DNA of 64,000 nucleotides from positions 6,125,079 through 6,189,078 of the forward strand of contig OZ316898.1 of assembly GCA_973895155.1 (NCBI GenBank), given 5' to 3'. Both the position numbers and the translations under genes were made by a program. Within the stretch, counting starts at the first letter, position 1. Each line of letters starts with the position of its first letter. Below, piece after piece: positions 62,157 through 64,000 of this stretch. This DNA is from Marsupella aquatica (lineage: Eukaryota; Plantae; Marchantiophyta). The notes under the pieces are model-generated. The model was not told the DNA's origin. It searched no databases and saw nothing but the letters and a program-made list of their open reading frames with translations.

Positions 62157-64000
62157 GAAAATATTGTATGACAGTATGATATGTAAGACATTTTCTTATG
62201 TCTGTTCAAAGTAGATCTGTATTTGCCCTGCAAAAGGGACTGGGATGCTCAATGTTGAAGTGATTGTCAAAATGCCCGTAAGTTCTTACATCATCATATC
62301 AGAGAAATCAATTAACAACCAACATATGTATGAATTATGGGGGCCAATGAAAAAAATTGTCATCAAATATGTCTGAGTATAAATGAGATATTTGGCATCC
62401 AATTCCAAGTGATGTAGCTGGACTCATCAACCACACTCCCGACCACAATTACATGAGGGTTTGTTGTAACCCCCAAAAAACCATTGTCTTTTTAATTGAG
62501 CATGGGGTGTGGGAGTTGAGAATAGTCTTTAATGACGTGTTCTACTTTTGTGAGGTAGTTGAGATTGTGAGTGCTTAGTTTTCCAGAAATGTCTAACTCC
62601 TAATGACTACAAGTAGTAACTGCATAAATTTTGATGCAACTAAAGATTATACATGATTTGTGTGCAGGTTCAAAATCTCGTGGAGGGATAATCAGATTTG
62701 TTGAAATCTATTCTACACAGTTAAATGTCCACTTCATAAATTTAGCATTATAATACCTGAAATATTGACAATATTACACAGAACTTAGATGATTTTTTAG
62801 ATTAGCAGATGCACATGTGTTTTGTATCCTAATTATACACTAAATTTCATGGGGAACCCAAATTTGTGATGGTCAAACACTCATTTTGACTAAGGGAACC
62901 TAAGTTCATGATGGTGTGTGTTGCTCAAATGGGCCTCTGCAGGGATGCAACAATTTATTGCATGTGACATCAGCCATCATGTCATAAATTATACATCAAA
63001 GAAGCATGCTACCAAGCCATCAAGTACACAAAATAATTAAAAGAAAGTTCAGCCTGGATGGACTGAGGGGTCTGTTTTGCCTTTTCCCATGGACTATATG
63101 ACACACATGGCTTCACTTTCCACCCAAAATCCACATTGTTGGTTATCCTAAGAAGGACGCTTCACTTTTGAGAAAAACGCCCTGAGTAGATTGGTGTTGT
63201 GACCAACTATGAAATGCTAGTTTTTAGCAAACGTGTGCATTTATTTAATCAAATTTGGAGGTCTGATGCAGCTCAAAATTTTCCAGCATGTTCTCTGATG
63301 TCCAATCTATTACCAGACAAAGTCTCAGTTTTTTTCTGAAACCACTTGGTCCATCGCCAATGAGTGCAAAGATGGTCCATTATTATAAATTAACCACCAA
63401 CGGATGCTTCGCTTTTGTAAAGAACACCCTCAGAACTTGGGCACAAGCACCAACTTACCACTTTGGGACATTGACACGTCCCTTTTATGAAGGACGCTCT
63501 GAGTAGTTTGCGTGAGCTGCGACTTACAGGTTACATATGACTCAAAATTGTAAAGAGTGTTATCCGAGGGCAGATTTGATGTTCTGAGTCACTCCATCCC
63601 AACTTTGGAAATCCATGGGGGGTTCACAGCAAACCCCTAGGTCTATCCAGGCTTTACTTTCCCACTAAAATCACAGTAAATGAAAATAACATACAATAAT
63701 TACTATATGTAATACTAGAGGTGTAAACTTTTGTATGGAAAAGGCATATAATAGAACTAAAATTGATGGGGACCGGTGCCAAGAAGGACCGAGGATATTT
63801 AACAAATTGTTGTCTAACTCTATGTACCAGTCTTCTTGGTGTTGTAGGAGATATTGCCTGGTCAGGGATTGTTCCTGGTGAAAGGTTGATGTTCTTGCAC
63901 GTAGGGTAATCAGCTTTCCGGTTAGTTCATCTTTTATCATGCTTTAGACTCAGAGTTGGATAGTGTATAGTTTGATAATTTCTACCATAATTTCTCTTTT

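Overview
Eukaryotic nuclear DNA from a land plant (GT-AG introns, plant-specific DCD and TRFL genes; probably a bryophyte or other early-diverging lineage, which is inference only). There are two intact multi-exon host genes: (i) a ~1428-aa protein that joins an N-terminal DCD domain, through a long disordered linker, to a Trf4/PAPD5-type non-canonical poly(A) polymerase (17900-26456, +); (ii) a ~947-aa TRFL/TRP telomere-repeat-binding Myb protein (48854-54060, -). The rest is mostly transposons: a full-length but point-mutated Helitron (6538-14349, -), a pogo/Tc1-mariner element with TA target sites (29163-32790) plus a MITE sharing its TIRs, a young Ty1/copia element with near-identical LTRs (39315-45043) sitting inside an older inverted repeat, a decayed copia, a solo LTR and several MITEs. 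The two most notable observations: the young copia carries an extra antisense ORF encoding an RNase H1/caulimovirus-P6-type RNA:DNA-hybrid/dsRNA-binding domain, and the DCD domain is fused to a terminal nucleotidyltransferase. All coordinates and alignments were read by eye; no database searches were run.
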